Positions 32,134-43,138 of a DNA stretch of 64,000 nt are shown here, one piece after another (within the stretch, counting starts at the first letter, position 1; the number at the start of each line of letters is the position of its first letter). The stretch covers positions 1-64,000 of the forward strand of contig JBLIRO010000008.1 of the NCBI GenBank assembly GCA_049472335.1, written 5' to 3'. Origin of the DNA: a bacterium (lineage in GTDB: Bacteria > SZUA-182 > DTGQ01 > JAFGSM01). A model generated the notes under the pieces. That model saw nothing but the letters and a program-made list of their open reading frames with translations. It had not been told where the DNA came from and ran no database searches. Position numbers and translations under genes: made by a program.

Positions 32134-35100
32134 ATGGAGAATGAGTCCTTTTCTAGGATTGCCCTTTCTTATGTAATTACTCTTTCATTAATACTAGCCG
32201 TTGGTTTATTGTACTTACCTTCCCTGGCAAAGGCTAAAACTGATTTTGACCATGTGTATATGCTTCCGGGCGAGCCTGATAATTATGAAGAGGTCGGGCA
32301 GATCCTGGCGCACGGGGATTTCTTTGGTAACGGGTACCAGGACCTTGTCATCAGTGTGCCCCATGCCAACACAACCCTTCCCGGGGGTGGCGAGGTATAT
32401 GTTATTTACGGATATATGGGGCCCCAGGGTCTGGTAAATATGAAAACAATTAATCACATTACCGGGGCTCTCTATGGCAGGGTTGAGACCTTTACTGTGT
32501 CCGGAGGACAGACAACTCTCCACAAGGGGGCCCATTTCGGGGTGGCTGTTGCCGTGGGAGACTTTGATAATAACGGCTATGATGATCTGGCCATAGGTAT
32601 TGCCGGGGCCGTGGAAAGTCAGAAGGGGCAGGTGGCGGTTATCTATTCCGATCTGGGAGCCCCTTTGAATACGAGCGATGAGTCCAGGGTCTGGGTCTTT
32701 GATGAATCGGATATAGGCGGGGACGCGGAGATCGGGGATCAGTTTGGATCATCCCTGGCTGTCGGTGATTTTAATGGTGACGGCTATGATGATCTGGCCA
32801 TCGGCATCCCTGATGAAGATGTCGGCGATACCGTGGACGCCGGGGCCGTATGGGTAATCTACGGAACTTCCGGCGGATTAACGGCGGAGGACGCAACCCA
32901 CTTATTCCAGGGATATAATTCGATTCCAGATACGAGTGAGGCTGAGGACCAATTTGGCTGGTCATTAACAGCCGGAGATTTCGATGGCGATGATTTTGAT
33001 GATCTTGCTGTATCTGCGCCATATGAGGATCATAGCAGCAAAACCGATCCAGGATCTGTCTGGATATTCTTTGGAACCACGAAGGGTTTTATAATGTTCA
33101 GCACGCATGCCTTTATGCTGGATCAGGATGACCTCAATGGCGATGATGACGGAGCCTCGAATAATGAAAAATTTGGCTGGGCCATGGCTACAGGAGATAT
33201 CAACGGGGATGGATATGATGAACTGGTCGTCGGTGTCCCCTATGAGGATACGGGAGGTAAGAACAGCGTCGGTGAGGTTGATATCTTTTATGGAGGCAGT
33301 GAGGGAATTGATTCAATGACCGGTTTCAATCAGGTTATTGATCAGGATACCGGTTCAATGGGCGGGGCTGTGGAGGAAGAGGACTGGTTTGGCTATTCCG
33401 TTGATGTGGGCAAGGTGAACGATGATAACTATGCGGACGTGGCCATTGGTGTTCCATACGAGACCTACAACGGGGTATTCAGGGCAGGGATAGCCCATCT
33501 TCTTTTTGGTACAGCTCTTGGATTGAATACCAATTCCAATACGCATCGGGAGGAGCAGGCCCCGGTGGGAAACGCTGAAGAGGAGGACAGGTGGGGTAGG
33601 GCGGTTCTTCTGGCAGATACCAATGGCGACGGGTATGATGACCTGTTCATCGGGGTGCCGGGAGAGGATTACGGTTCTTCTGTCTTTGATATGGGATCTG
33701 TGCACCGCCTTCCTGCAGACAGCTCTGATGATGGTGTTAATCATAAATGCACCACCGTGATTCGCAAGGTCCTTGATTATAAGATGGACTATACCAGCTT
33801 TGAGGAGATGGAGGACCTCCTGAATGACCTTGAGATTGATTCCCATGGTAGAAATGAGGATATATTCCGCTTGGATGTGATCGGACAGTCTCATGAAGGC
33901 CGTCCCATTTACGGGATCAAGATCTCCGACCACCCTTACATCGATGATGAATATGAACCGGATATACTTATAGAGACAGGGATGCATGCCCGGGAATGGC
34001 TGCCGACTGAGGCCTCGATAACCCTTATCCAGAAGCTTTATGACAGCTATTATAATCAGGATGCCTGCGATCATGCCGAGGTATACGAGCTTGTCCAGGA
34101 ACATGAGATTTGGATAATACCTATGTGTAATCCTGACGGGAGGATCAAGGACCAGGACGGTGACAGCTCCGGAGATCCCGAAGTATACTACAACTGGCGG
34201 CCAAATTATCAGCCATATGTCTGTGACAGCAATGATTATATAGGGATAGACCTTAACAGGTCTTTTTCCCATGAATTTAATTACAGCGCCGCAGGTAATT
34301 GTAATTCGGGCTCCTATAACGGTGGTGAGCCCTTTTATGCCACAGAGAGCAAGGTCTTGAAGAATTTTGTAAACAATCATATGTTCGCCCTGGCCTTTTC
34401 AACCCATACATCCGCCCAGTGGATAGCCTCTCCTTCAGAGGACTGGGGAATGGGATTTCATATTGCCGAAGAGGCCACGGATATTTATTCGGTAACCCTG
34501 CCGGATGCCAATATGAGGCTTTATCTTGTAGATCCCTCTAAACCTGATCAGGATGGGGACAAGGTTGATAAAGACGGCGGGGTCGGTCAGTTTTATGGCT
34601 GGTTGTGGCAGGAATCCGATTCGGGGACGGATGATACCTCAAGAAGGACAATCCAGACCATCTTCTGCGAGCTTCCCTTTATGTTAAGATATGATGATAT
34701 GGGGACCTGGGTTGATGAGGTGAACAGGGCCACCTATGGATGCGAGTCGGACGATGAAGTCGGGCAATATGACTGTGAAGATAACTCCAACAGCTTTCAC
34801 CCCTCTTCCGGAAAGCTGGTTGATTGGGTAATTCATAGATATGTTGCCATGGCCAGGTATCTTATAAGACAATCCGAATGGCCGTTCGGGCCGCGGAATC
34901 ATTTGGACCAAAGCCGCTCCGCTGTGAGCCCGAATACTGATCTGGCCTTGATAGGGGCCAAGATATCCGACACCGGTTCCGGCCTTGAAGGCTGTTTTAT
35001 AACCCCTGACAATAAAAAGGGGCGGGACTTTCTCTATCCAGGTATACGAAGGATTACATGGAATATTCAGAATAACGGGACATTGTTGCGGGATATAACT

Positions 35101-37353
35101 GGGACAATCAATATCTCAAATGTAACAAACGGCTCTTTCCAAATCAGCAATCAGACTCTTCAGAATGTGGGCCCCGACGAGGTTGCAGCCTTTGTCTATG
35201 ATTATGATTTTGAGAACGGGAAGGAGTATATAGTAGAGGTCTCCACAAATGAAAGTAATTCCCTCAAGAATGATATCCGAAGGTTTGTGTTTACAACCTA
35301 TGGAACGGTTACCCCTGGGTATAAGCTCCATATTGATCCGGTCATTGATATAGATCCGCCGGAGCAGGAAAAAGAGATCCCGATAAATCTGGATATAGTT
35401 CATGATCTTTCAAGCCTTGCCTTTGATGTCATTTTTGATCCGACAAAGGTTGAGGCTGTCTCTATTAAAAGCGACCCGGAAAGGATCACAGGCTCGGTTG
35501 TTTCCAATGCTATTAGTAATACCTATGGGAAAATAAGCATTATTATAGAGAGCAAGGATGGAGGATCAGCCTTAACCGCGGGGGAGGGAAAGATCCTTGA
35601 TCTGGTCCTGAATGTAAAACCCGAGACAGCCGAAGATATGCCCCTACAGATAAAAAATATAAGGCAGGTGCACAGCACTGCCGGTGAATCCTTTTACATT
35701 TCTTCTCAGGACGGACTTCTTCATCTGCCGTGCGATCCTTCCCCTGAGGTATGCAATGGCTTGGATGATGACTGTGACGGAATGATTGATGAGGAGGGCG
35801 CCCAGGGGTGTATTGTCTATTATCCGGATGAAGACGGAGACGGCTATGGGATCGACGGGCATACACGCTGTCTTTGCGGGCCGGATACAGAGGCCAATTA
35901 CACGGCAAAACAGGGAGGCGATCCTGATGATTCTGATCCTGACATTGTACCTGAGTCATGCCTTTTTTCCCTCAAGCTTCAGGCTTTGGGTATCGATCTT
36001 GGTCTCGATTTTATCAGATTTGGTAATGTAGTTATCGGTGTTGACGAGAACACTGAGATGATCCCTCCTCCACCTCCCTTTAATCCGACAGTCATTATCA
36101 ATCTTGCGGATATGGCATCCACTCCATATGAATATTATCATTCAATGATTTATCAGAAAAAGGCAGGGATGATGATCTGGACATTCAATGTGGTTATACC
36201 TGAAGATATTTATGATGCTCATGGAGGGGCAAGCTATCCTTTTATCTATTGGGATGCGAATAAAATAGAAATGCCCTGCGCCCTTCAATTGAGGCGGGGT
36301 AAGGATGGTGCCGTAATGGAAAGGCCCCTGCTTATCCCTGATATGACAGTAACTCAAGAATATCAAACGACAGCAGAGGATGGGACAAACAGTTTATGGT
36401 ATACCATTGTCTATCTTCCTCCTCGTTGGTTTTTCCGTGACGAGGATGAAGATGGATACGGAGATCCAATGATGGGCTTGTTCTCAACCGTCCCGTCAGA
36501 GGGGTATGTAGGAAACACAGGAGATTGTGATGATACAAATCCTCAGATCAATCCGGAGACCGTATGGTACGCGGACGAGGATAGCGATGGATACGGGAAC
36601 AGCCAGGTCCGGGTGACGAGATGTCAGTCTCCGGATGGTTATATAATGAACGCGGGTGATTGTGACGACAGGGATAAAGATGTTAATCCGGGCGCGGTTG
36701 AGGTCTGTGACGGCCGGGATAATGACTGTAATGGGGAGATTGATGACGGATTACCCCTGATGACCTATTATAGAGACGCTGATAATGACGGCTATGGAGA
36801 TCCGAATGCTATGATAGAGAATTGTGCTGCCCCTCTGGGGTATGTTGAAGACGGGACCGACTTTAATGATAATGATAAGAATGACATTCCAAGGATTATC
36901 GAGATGGATCTCCCATCGGGCTGGAGCATGATCTCTCTCCCCGTTGTCCCGTTAAATCCCACGGTTTCGATATTGTTCCCGGGCGCCAGGGTGATCTATG
37001 GTTATGATAAAGAAACAGGCTATGTACGGGTGACAGATAACGAAACAATGGATGCGGGTAAGGGGTACTGGATATTATTGGAAGAGGCCAAAAAATTTAT
37101 CCTTACAGGTCAATCGTTCAGTGAATATTCCTTTGAAGTCAATGAAGCTGAATGGCAGATGATAGGAGGATGCACATATGATGCCTTGGCCTCTATTGAA
37201 AGTGGTGTCGGAAAAATAGTGGTTATTTACGGCTATGTCCTGGGAACAGGATATAAAAGGGTCCTGGAAGGAGAAAGTCTCAAGACCGGCAAGGGATATT
37301 GGATATCTGTCAGCGGTCCGGCATGGGTATTAATTGAAAGTATAAATAAATGA
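32134..37353 (+). CDS. Secreted multidomain protein: FG-GAP propeller, M14 zinc carboxypeptidase, cohesin-like domain, MopE-like Cys/Asp repeats, GW/GYW module
   Basis: AGGAG SD, MENES; GDFNGDGYDDLAIGIP repeats; GMHAREW, NPDG, DLNRSF, STHTS; EVCDGRDNDCNGEIDD, YxDxDxDGYG; GWSMISLPV. Confidence 0.9.
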   Translation: MENESFSRIALSYVITLSLILAVGLLYLPSLAKAKTDFDHVYMLPGEPDNYEEVGQILAHGDFFGNGYQDLVISVPHANTTLPGGGEVYVIYGYMGPQGLVNMKTINHITGALYGRVETFTVSGGQTTLHKGAHFGVAVAVGDFDNNGYDDLAIGIAGAVESQKGQVAVIYSDLGAPLNTSDESRVWVFDESDIGGDAEIGDQFGSSLAVGDFNGDGYDDLAIGIPDEDVGDTVDAGAVWVIYGTSGGLTAEDATHLFQGYNSIPDTSEAEDQFGWSLTAGDFDGDDFDDLAVSAPYEDHSSKTDPGSVWIFFGTTKGFIMFSTHAFMLDQDDLNGDDDGASNNEKFGWAMATGDINGDGYDELVVGVPYEDTGGKNSVGEVDIFYGGSEGIDSMTGFNQVIDQDTGSMGGAVEEEDWFGYSVDVGKVNDDNYADVAIGVPYETYNGVFRAGIAHLLFGTALGLNTNSNTHREEQAPVGNAEEEDRWGRAVLLADTNGDGYDDLFIGVPGEDYGSSVFDMGSVHRLPADSSDDGVNHKCTTVIRKVLDYKMDYTSFEEMEDLLNDLEIDSHGRNEDIFRLDVIGQSHEGRPIYGIKISDHPYIDDEYEPDILIETGMHAREWLPTEASITLIQKLYDSYYNQDACDHAEVYELVQEHEIWIIPMCNPDGRIKDQDGDSSGDPEVYYNWRPNYQPYVCDSNDYIGIDLNRSFSHEFNYSAAGNCNSGSYNGGEPFYATESKVLKNFVNNHMFALAFSTHTSAQWIASPSEDWGMGFHIAEEATDIYSVTLPDANMRLYLVDPSKPDQDGDKVDKDGGVGQFYGWLWQESDSGTDDTSRRTIQTIFCELPFMLRYDDMGTWVDEVNRATYGCESDDEVGQYDCEDNSNSFHPSSGKLVDWVIHRYVAMARYLIRQSEWPFGPRNHLDQSRSAVSPNTDLALIGAKISDTGSGLEGCFITPDNKKGRDFLYPGIRRITWNIQNNGTLLRDITGTINISNVTNGSFQISNQTLQNVGPDEVAAFVYDYDFENGKEYIVEVSTNESNSLKNDIRRFVFTTYGTVTPGYKLHIDPVIDIDPPEQEKEIPINLDIVHDLSSLAFDVIFDPTKVEAVSIKSDPERITGSVVSNAISNTYGKISIIIESKDGGSALTAGEGKILDLVLNVKPETAEDMPLQIKNIRQVHSTAGESFYISSQDGLLHLPCDPSPEVCNGLDDDCDGMIDEEGAQGCIVYYPDEDGDGYGIDGHTRCLCGPDTEANYTAKQGGDPDDSDPDIVPESCLFSLKLQALGIDLGLDFIRFGNVVIGVDENTEMIPPPPPFNPTVIINLADMASTPYEYYHSMIYQKKAGMMIWTFNVVIPEDIYDAHGGASYPFIYWDANKIEMPCALQLRRGKDGAVMERPLLIPDMTVTQEYQTTAEDGTNSLWYTIVYLPPRWFFRDEDEDGYGDPMMGLFSTVPSEGYVGNTGDCDDTNPQINPETVWYADEDSDGYGNSQVRVTRCQSPDGYIMNAGDCDDRDKDVNPGAVEVCDGRDNDCNGEIDDGLPLMTYYRDADNDGYGDPNAMIENCAAPLGYVEDGTDFNDNDKNDIPRIIEMDLPSGWSMISLPVVPLNPTVSILFPGARVIYGYDKETGYVRVTDNETMDAGKGYWILLEEAKKFILTGQSFSEYSFEVNEAEWQMIGGCTYDALASIESGVGKIVVIYGYVLGTGYKRVLEGESLKTGKGYWISVSGPAWVLIESINK

Positions 37354-37479
37354 TTAAACCTGTATTTCTCAATAGAGAGTGAAAAATGATACGGTTTTCC
37401 CACTCTGACAAATCATTCTCATTTTTTAGGTTTATAATAAACTATAAACAATTTTATTTATGGAGGGTATAAATAAATC

Positions 37480-38382
37480 ATGGCAACCAAAAATCTGATA
37501 GCACAGCTTTATATACGGGTGAGGGGGTATGAGCAGCCTGATACCCGCTCGCAGATTGAAGGCTCATTAGATCCAGGAAAATATATCGTTAAGGAATACC
37601 GGCCAAATTTTCCAAACAAGGATACCGATTATGTATTGGTCTTAGCCCCGGCCTTAGGCGCGGGAGACACCTGGATATGTTCACGATGGAAGGATCATCA
37701 CTATGCGCAGGTCATTGAATCAGCGCCGATGCACACCGAGCGTATGGATTTCAATAACGATGGATTCGCTGTGCCTGAAGAGGCACTCGTAACCCTGCTG
37801 CCTCAGTTTGAAGATTTTACCTATGATCTGGATGAGGCCCGCTATCCCTATCAGCTCCCAGGAGTCCGTTTGCCTCAAGCCCCTCCTAAATACAATAATT
37901 GTTGTACGTTTGTGGAGGCATTGCTCGTAAGGGCATGGGCAAATGTGCACCCAGGTTTCCAATGGAGCCCTGCCAGACATGCTCAAATGATGATTTTTTC
38001 CAGTGATGACTATTATTCACCCGTCACCGCGGTGGTAGAGTCAGAGATGGGCGTAAGCGTAGCGAACCCTGATGCCCAGCCTCATCCATGGACGGTGATT
38101 CAAGGCTGGCGCAGGCAGTGGCGTGACGGTCACACATTTATTATAGTCGATCACCATGAGCCAACAGATCGTGTTTTAACACTGGAGTCAAATAGCGCCT
38201 ATAAGCTCAATGGCGTCGGGTTTCGCAACATAGGTAATCTCAGGGATATCAACGGAAGGCCACCCGATAACTGGTGGGAGCAAGACGATCTGTGGACATG
38301 GCAAAGAATTATTGCTACATATCAGTACTACCGGCAGGCCTGGCTGAAAGTAAAAAACCGCAATTGGAGCGGCCTGGCGTAA
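37480..38382 (+). CDS. Hypothetical protein, putative Cys-His amidase/peptidase
   Basis: GGAGG SD; NNCCTFVE...GHTFII...VLTLESN; no signal peptide. Confidence 0.7.
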   Translation: MATKNLIAQLYIRVRGYEQPDTRSQIEGSLDPGKYIVKEYRPNFPNKDTDYVLVLAPALGAGDTWICSRWKDHHYAQVIESAPMHTERMDFNNDGFAVPEEALVTLLPQFEDFTYDLDEARYPYQLPGVRLPQAPPKYNNCCTFVEALLVRAWANVHPGFQWSPARHAQMMIFSSDDYYSPVTAVVESEMGVSVANPDAQPHPWTVIQGWRRQWRDGHTFIIVDHHEPTDRVLTLESNSAYKLNGVGFRNIGNLRDINGRPPDNWWEQDDLWTWQRIIATYQYYRQAWLKVKNRNWSGLA

Positions 38383-38391
38383 GGAAATTCA

Positions 38392-41300
38392 ATGAAGGTT
38401 AAGAGATCCATTATATTACTATTTATATTTATTCCCCTTTTTGCATTTTACAGCTTCCAATCGGGGATTGTTTCCACCTCTGAAGCAATAGCCGCAATAA
38501 TCAAAGTTCCTCAGGATCAGAGGACTATTCAGGCTGCGATTGATGCTGCTGCTGATAATGATACGGTTATGGTCATGGAGGGAAGATATACAGGCAGGGG
38601 AAATATAAATCTGAATTTCAGGGGCAAAGCCATAACCGTCCGCAGCCGCAATCCGGAAGATAATGCCTGTGTCCGCGCAACCATTATCGATACAGAGGGA
38701 AGGGGAGTTATTGTTCGCTTTATTAAAGATGAAGGTAATAAAAGTGTGTTTGAGGGTTTTACCCTTGTTTCAGTGTACAATTCTCTTCCCGGTCGAGGTG
38801 TTCCTGGGTATTTTGAATTTTCTGCTCAGGCCCGCCCTACTACAAGGAGGCTTCGCCTGGTAGACGGGCCATCAGATGATTCAGAGACCTCCGAATCCAC
38901 CTCTCAGGCTGAATCATATCCAACCGTCCGTAAATCAGCAGCGGAGACTGAACACCTTTCTTCAGACCTTATTAGAAAAAGGGATGTAGGTAAGGATAAT
39001 ATCAGTGATCTTGAAAGGACTTTCCCCTGGACATTTGCACGATTGTGGGATGGAAGAAATCCCTTTCATCAACCGGCCCCTGCAACCTGTTATTATGGAA
39101 GCGGTGATGTTGATGGAGATGGAGAGCTGACGTCCCTGGATGTCTCAGTTGCTCAACAGATGGCCGGCGGCCAGACAGAGCCATGTCTCATGGCGGATGT
39201 AGACGGAAATGGCCTGGTTAACAATACAGATGTGTCTCTTATCAATGGGGCCGTACATGGTGAAAACCTCCCTGGCTGGTGGGATCATTTGACAATGAGA
39301 GAGCAGCGCAATGCCTGGGTGGATAAGGTATTGGCAATTGATCAGACAGACAAGCACCCCTATCGATACTGGTTCCAGTGCGGTAGTTTTGCCGAGCAGC
39401 TTTATATACACGGGGCCTTTAAGCGAACCGATCTTTTTTCTACCTATTATGGCGAGGGCCGGACAATCTTTAATATACCCTTATACAGGGTGGACGTTAC
39501 AGGAGAGTCATACGGCCACGGAATAAACGCTATCCTGGTAGGGGATGATCCCCTGAGTTTCAATGACTGGCGGTTTGTCGAACCCCAGACCGACAATGAT
39601 ATTTATCCAGGATCATGGAATATGCCTTATAATACAAAGATTAATCTGTGCACATTCAACACATATGGCTATGGATTTTTAAACATGGTGATAGGATTTT
39701 ATGTGGATGAAAACGGCGGGAGATTAAGAACCTACAGACCAGACATGATTATCGAGCGGCCTTTGCCGTTGCAGAGGGAAGCCGATAATCGACCGGATCT
39801 CTGGAATCCCCTGATTGTTCCCTATGGAGAGGGTATGATCATTTTTGAAAGGATTCTGGAAGGATTGTCTCCTGTAACAAGTCTCCATATATCAGACCTG
39901 CCCTTTTCCGATCCACCCTCTGCTATCCCCCTGCTGAAGATATCCCAGTACAACCGCTTACTGGATATTACCAAAGGTCCTGACGGGACAGTCCATCTTC
40001 TCTGGAAGGGCAAAGATGAATATATACCGGGGGTATTTTACGGGAAACTCAATCCTGTGGAAAAAAGAGTGATCCCTGTAACCCGGGTAAGCTCCGGAAC
40101 ACGTAAGGTATGCATGGGCCGCCTTGTTGTTGCTGACAATGGAGAGGTTCATGTATTCTGGCTTGAAAACAAAGATAATACCACTCATATACATGAAAGC
40201 GGAATCTATTGGTCCCGAAAGACAGAAAGCGGCTGGGAGGCCGAGCAGAATCTAACCCCTGAGATAAGCAGGATATTTGCCTGGGAAGATATTGAGAAAC
40301 GCAACATTCTCCATTATTTTTTTGATGCGGTTTCAGAAGGGAACACCGTAATCCTTGCCTGGGCTGAAAGGGTTCTAACCCCACAAGGGGGATTGACCGA
40401 TGAGGCAAATCTCTTTACTATTTGCTATGACGGGGGATGGAGCTCTCCTCTTCTTATAGAGAAGAGCACGGTTCGGGGAGTGGATCTTGTCTCCGATTCC
40501 TCAGGCACCCTGTATCTGACTTACTGGCTGGATGACTTGCAATACTCTGTGAGTGATGAGCCGGAAGGAAGGGGTACTTTACAGTACAGGATATCTTCTG
40601 ATGGACTGGCCTGGTCTGAGCCGCAGATACTCGATAGCAGCGGGGAAGCCTCATCTCCACGGATGGGTGCGGGAGAGGAAGGTGTCATGTACTGTATCTG
40701 GGAAAAAAATATAGATAATAACATTGTTCCTGTGGTGAAAAAATACACAAATGGTCTCTGGTCCTCAATGTATATACTCGATTATTCACCCGGCTTTGAG
40801 GCCTGGTACCCGAACGTTGCCCTCCTTTCTGACAACCACCCGGTATTTACATGGTCTCAGCATTCTCCGGACCGTGTAACAATAAGGACCCTGGAGTCAA
40901 CCGTTTTTGCTGTATTTATAGCTGATAAAACATCTGGCAATGCTCCCATGACCGTGACCTTTTCTGATTATTCCGGTTTTGACATAACCTCCAGGAACTG
41001 GGATTTTGGGGATGGGGAAGCAAGCACAGAGGAGAATCCTGTACACCAATATACTATCCCCGGTGTCTATAGCGTTTCACTGACCGTAGCCAATAATGTC
41101 AGCTCGGATACAAAGACCATCCGGGATTACATTACAGTGAAAGAAACGTCCTTTATCCAGTCTGCTATTGATAATGCCGAGGATGGGGAGGTCATAGTTC
41201 TGCCTGAAGGAGTCTATTATGAGACTATCAATTTCATGGGCAAGGCCATCACTCTACGAAGCACCAACCCGAATGATCCGGAAGTGGTAGCGTCTACCAT

Positions 41301-42675
41301 TATAGACGGATATGAAAGCGGCAGTGTTGTTACCTTTAATAAATCTGAAGGAGCCGCCAGTGTCCTTAACGGCATTACCATACAAAACGGAAAGGCACGG
41401 GGAGGAAGAGAGCATGGCGGCGGAATATATTGTTTCCAATCCTCACCGACTATTACCAACTGTATCATTACCGGAAACTCCGCGCTCAATAAAAATTCTG
41501 TCTTTGGATACGGCATCGGAGGGGGGATATACTGTGGCTTATATTCTTCTCCGACTATCAGCCGCTGTAGCATCACTGGAAACCGCGCTACTGATACAGG
41601 AGGGATCTATTGTGATTATTATTCATCAGTATCAATTACGGATTGCCTTATTTCGGACAACTATGCCTCTAACAGTGGCGGGGGAGGGACTTTATTAAGT
41701 TCCTCATTGTCTGTCAAAAACTGTATTATTCGCAACAATATATCCGAGGATGGCGGTGGTCTGTATTGCCGGAATTCTCCCCACATTACCAATTGCCTTA
41801 TTTATGGGAATCATGCCTCTTCAAGCGGCGGGATTCATATAAAGTCAAATTCCACTCCCCTGATAATGAACTGTACCATTACAGGAAATTCCTCAGCTAC
41901 AGACGGCGGGGGAATGTTTTTCCCTTATCCGGCGCCCTACCCGGTATTCACCAATTGTATAATCTGGGGAAATTTGCCTGATGAAATAAATGGCAAAATA
42001 GCAATTACTTATTCCGATATCCGGGGAGGTTTTGAAGGGGAGGGCAATATCAGCGCAGATCCCCTGTTTGTTGATCCCCTTACAGGAAATTATGCCCTTC
42101 AACCTGATTCACCCTGTATTGATTCGGGAACGGATCAGAATGCCCCGGATGATGATATACAAGACTTTCCCAGACCTTCAGGAAATGGATATGATATGGG
42201 GGCGTACGAATATGATTCAAGTCCATTTTTTTATAATCTAAAGCTAGATCCGGGTTGGAGTATGATCTCTCTGCCTGTGATACCGAATGATGCCACAATA
42301 GGGATACTCTTCCCGGAAGCAGAGGCAGTATACAGATATAGAGATGAATATATATCCATGAGTGCCGATGAGGCGCTTCAGAAAGGTGAGGGGTATTGGA
42401 TCTTTGTCCCGGCGGCATGTGATTGTTCTATCCCCGGTACTCCATTTTATATGTATTCAATTGAGAATGTTCAACCCGGATGGTCAATGATCGGCTCATG
42501 CACCAGCCTGTCTAATGTGTCCGCAGCCGATGGGACCATTAACGCGGTATTCGGATTTGATAAAGGATACTCATTCATCGGTAAAGGTAATGACATAGGG
42601 CCATTATTTCCCGGAGAGGGATATTGGATAAATCTGTCCGGGAAGTCAAATATTACAGTTCAAAGCGGGCAATAA
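38392..42675 (+). CDS. Secreted multidomain protein: dockerin-like, Cys-peptidase-like domain, propeller, PKD, parallel beta-helix, GW/GYW module
   Basis: TIQAAIDAA; GDVDGDGELTSLDV...ADVDGNG; WDFGDG...PGVYSVSLTV; GGGIYC/PTITNC repeats; DSPCIDSG...DMGAYE; GWSMISLPV. Confidence 0.88.
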   Translation: MKVKRSIILLFIFIPLFAFYSFQSGIVSTSEAIAAIIKVPQDQRTIQAAIDAAADNDTVMVMEGRYTGRGNINLNFRGKAITVRSRNPEDNACVRATIIDTEGRGVIVRFIKDEGNKSVFEGFTLVSVYNSLPGRGVPGYFEFSAQARPTTRRLRLVDGPSDDSETSESTSQAESYPTVRKSAAETEHLSSDLIRKRDVGKDNISDLERTFPWTFARLWDGRNPFHQPAPATCYYGSGDVDGDGELTSLDVSVAQQMAGGQTEPCLMADVDGNGLVNNTDVSLINGAVHGENLPGWWDHLTMREQRNAWVDKVLAIDQTDKHPYRYWFQCGSFAEQLYIHGAFKRTDLFSTYYGEGRTIFNIPLYRVDVTGESYGHGINAILVGDDPLSFNDWRFVEPQTDNDIYPGSWNMPYNTKINLCTFNTYGYGFLNMVIGFYVDENGGRLRTYRPDMIIERPLPLQREADNRPDLWNPLIVPYGEGMIIFERILEGLSPVTSLHISDLPFSDPPSAIPLLKISQYNRLLDITKGPDGTVHLLWKGKDEYIPGVFYGKLNPVEKRVIPVTRVSSGTRKVCMGRLVVADNGEVHVFWLENKDNTTHIHESGIYWSRKTESGWEAEQNLTPEISRIFAWEDIEKRNILHYFFDAVSEGNTVILAWAERVLTPQGGLTDEANLFTICYDGGWSSPLLIEKSTVRGVDLVSDSSGTLYLTYWLDDLQYSVSDEPEGRGTLQYRISSDGLAWSEPQILDSSGEASSPRMGAGEEGVMYCIWEKNIDNNIVPVVKKYTNGLWSSMYILDYSPGFEAWYPNVALLSDNHPVFTWSQHSPDRVTIRTLESTVFAVFIADKTSGNAPMTVTFSDYSGFDITSRNWDFGDGEASTEENPVHQYTIPGVYSVSLTVANNVSSDTKTIRDYITVKETSFIQSAIDNAEDGEVIVLPEGVYYETINFMGKAITLRSTNPNDPEVVASTIIDGYESGSVVTFNKSEGAASVLNGITIQNGKARGGREHGGGIYCFQSSPTITNCIITGNSALNKNSVFGYGIGGGIYCGLYSSPTISRCSITGNRATDTGGIYCDYYSSVSITDCLISDNYASNSGGGGTLLSSSLSVKNCIIRNNISEDGGGLYCRNSPHITNCLIYGNHASSSGGIHIKSNSTPLIMNCTITGNSSATDGGGMFFPYPAPYPVFTNCIIWGNLPDEINGKIAITYSDIRGGFEGEGNISADPLFVDPLTGNYALQPDSPCIDSGTDQNAPDDDIQDFPRPSGNGYDMGAYEYDSSPFFYNLKLDPGWSMISLPVIPNDATIGILFPEAEAVYRYRDEYISMSADEALQKGEGYWIFVPAACDCSIPGTPFYMYSIENVQPGWSMIGSCTSLSNVSAADGTINAVFGFDKGYSFIGKGNDIGPLFPGEGYWINLSGKSNITVQSGQ

Positions 42676-42733
42676 GCAAATCAACGGAAAGTAATGCTGG
42701 AATAATTAAAGAGGTTGCCCATTAAATTAAGTA

Positions 42734-42925
42734 TTGTCACCCATTAAGCAGTATGTATTTACCGTTCCCAAAATTATTCGCCCTTATTTTAAGTCTTTTA
42801 GGAGAGATCTGCCTTCCCATCCTCTGCATTTGATCAATACACAAAAGATGGCGCTTCTGCTCAGAGAGAAGGTCTTTAATGTGCTTATTCATAAAACTAT
42901 CTTAAAATTTCAGATCAAATTTTAA
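42734..42925 (+). mobile_element. IS91-like transposase remnant
   Basis: PIKQYVFTVPKIIRPYF matches the PxRQxVFTxPKxLRxYF motif of IS91-type transposases; the rest is deleted. Confidence 0.6.
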
Positions 42926-43138
42926 TGGGTTTTATAAAACCTTGTATAATTGGTACGCTGTTTGTTAATAGAAAATAATAGTATATAATATAAGAGTAGC
43001 AATTATCATAATTAGAATTGCTTATACCAAGGATGCCATTTTTCAAGAAATAGGATAAATTATGGATATTGTAAAATAAGTTAATGTGATATTGGGTTAA
43101 TAATAATAAAAATAAATCCTAAACAGGGAGAGCATATT

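Noticed and set aside
33355..34380. 341-aa minus-strand ORF
   Set aside because: Antisense shadow of the FG-GAP/M14 gene with no motifs; the same applies to most nested short ORFs in the track.
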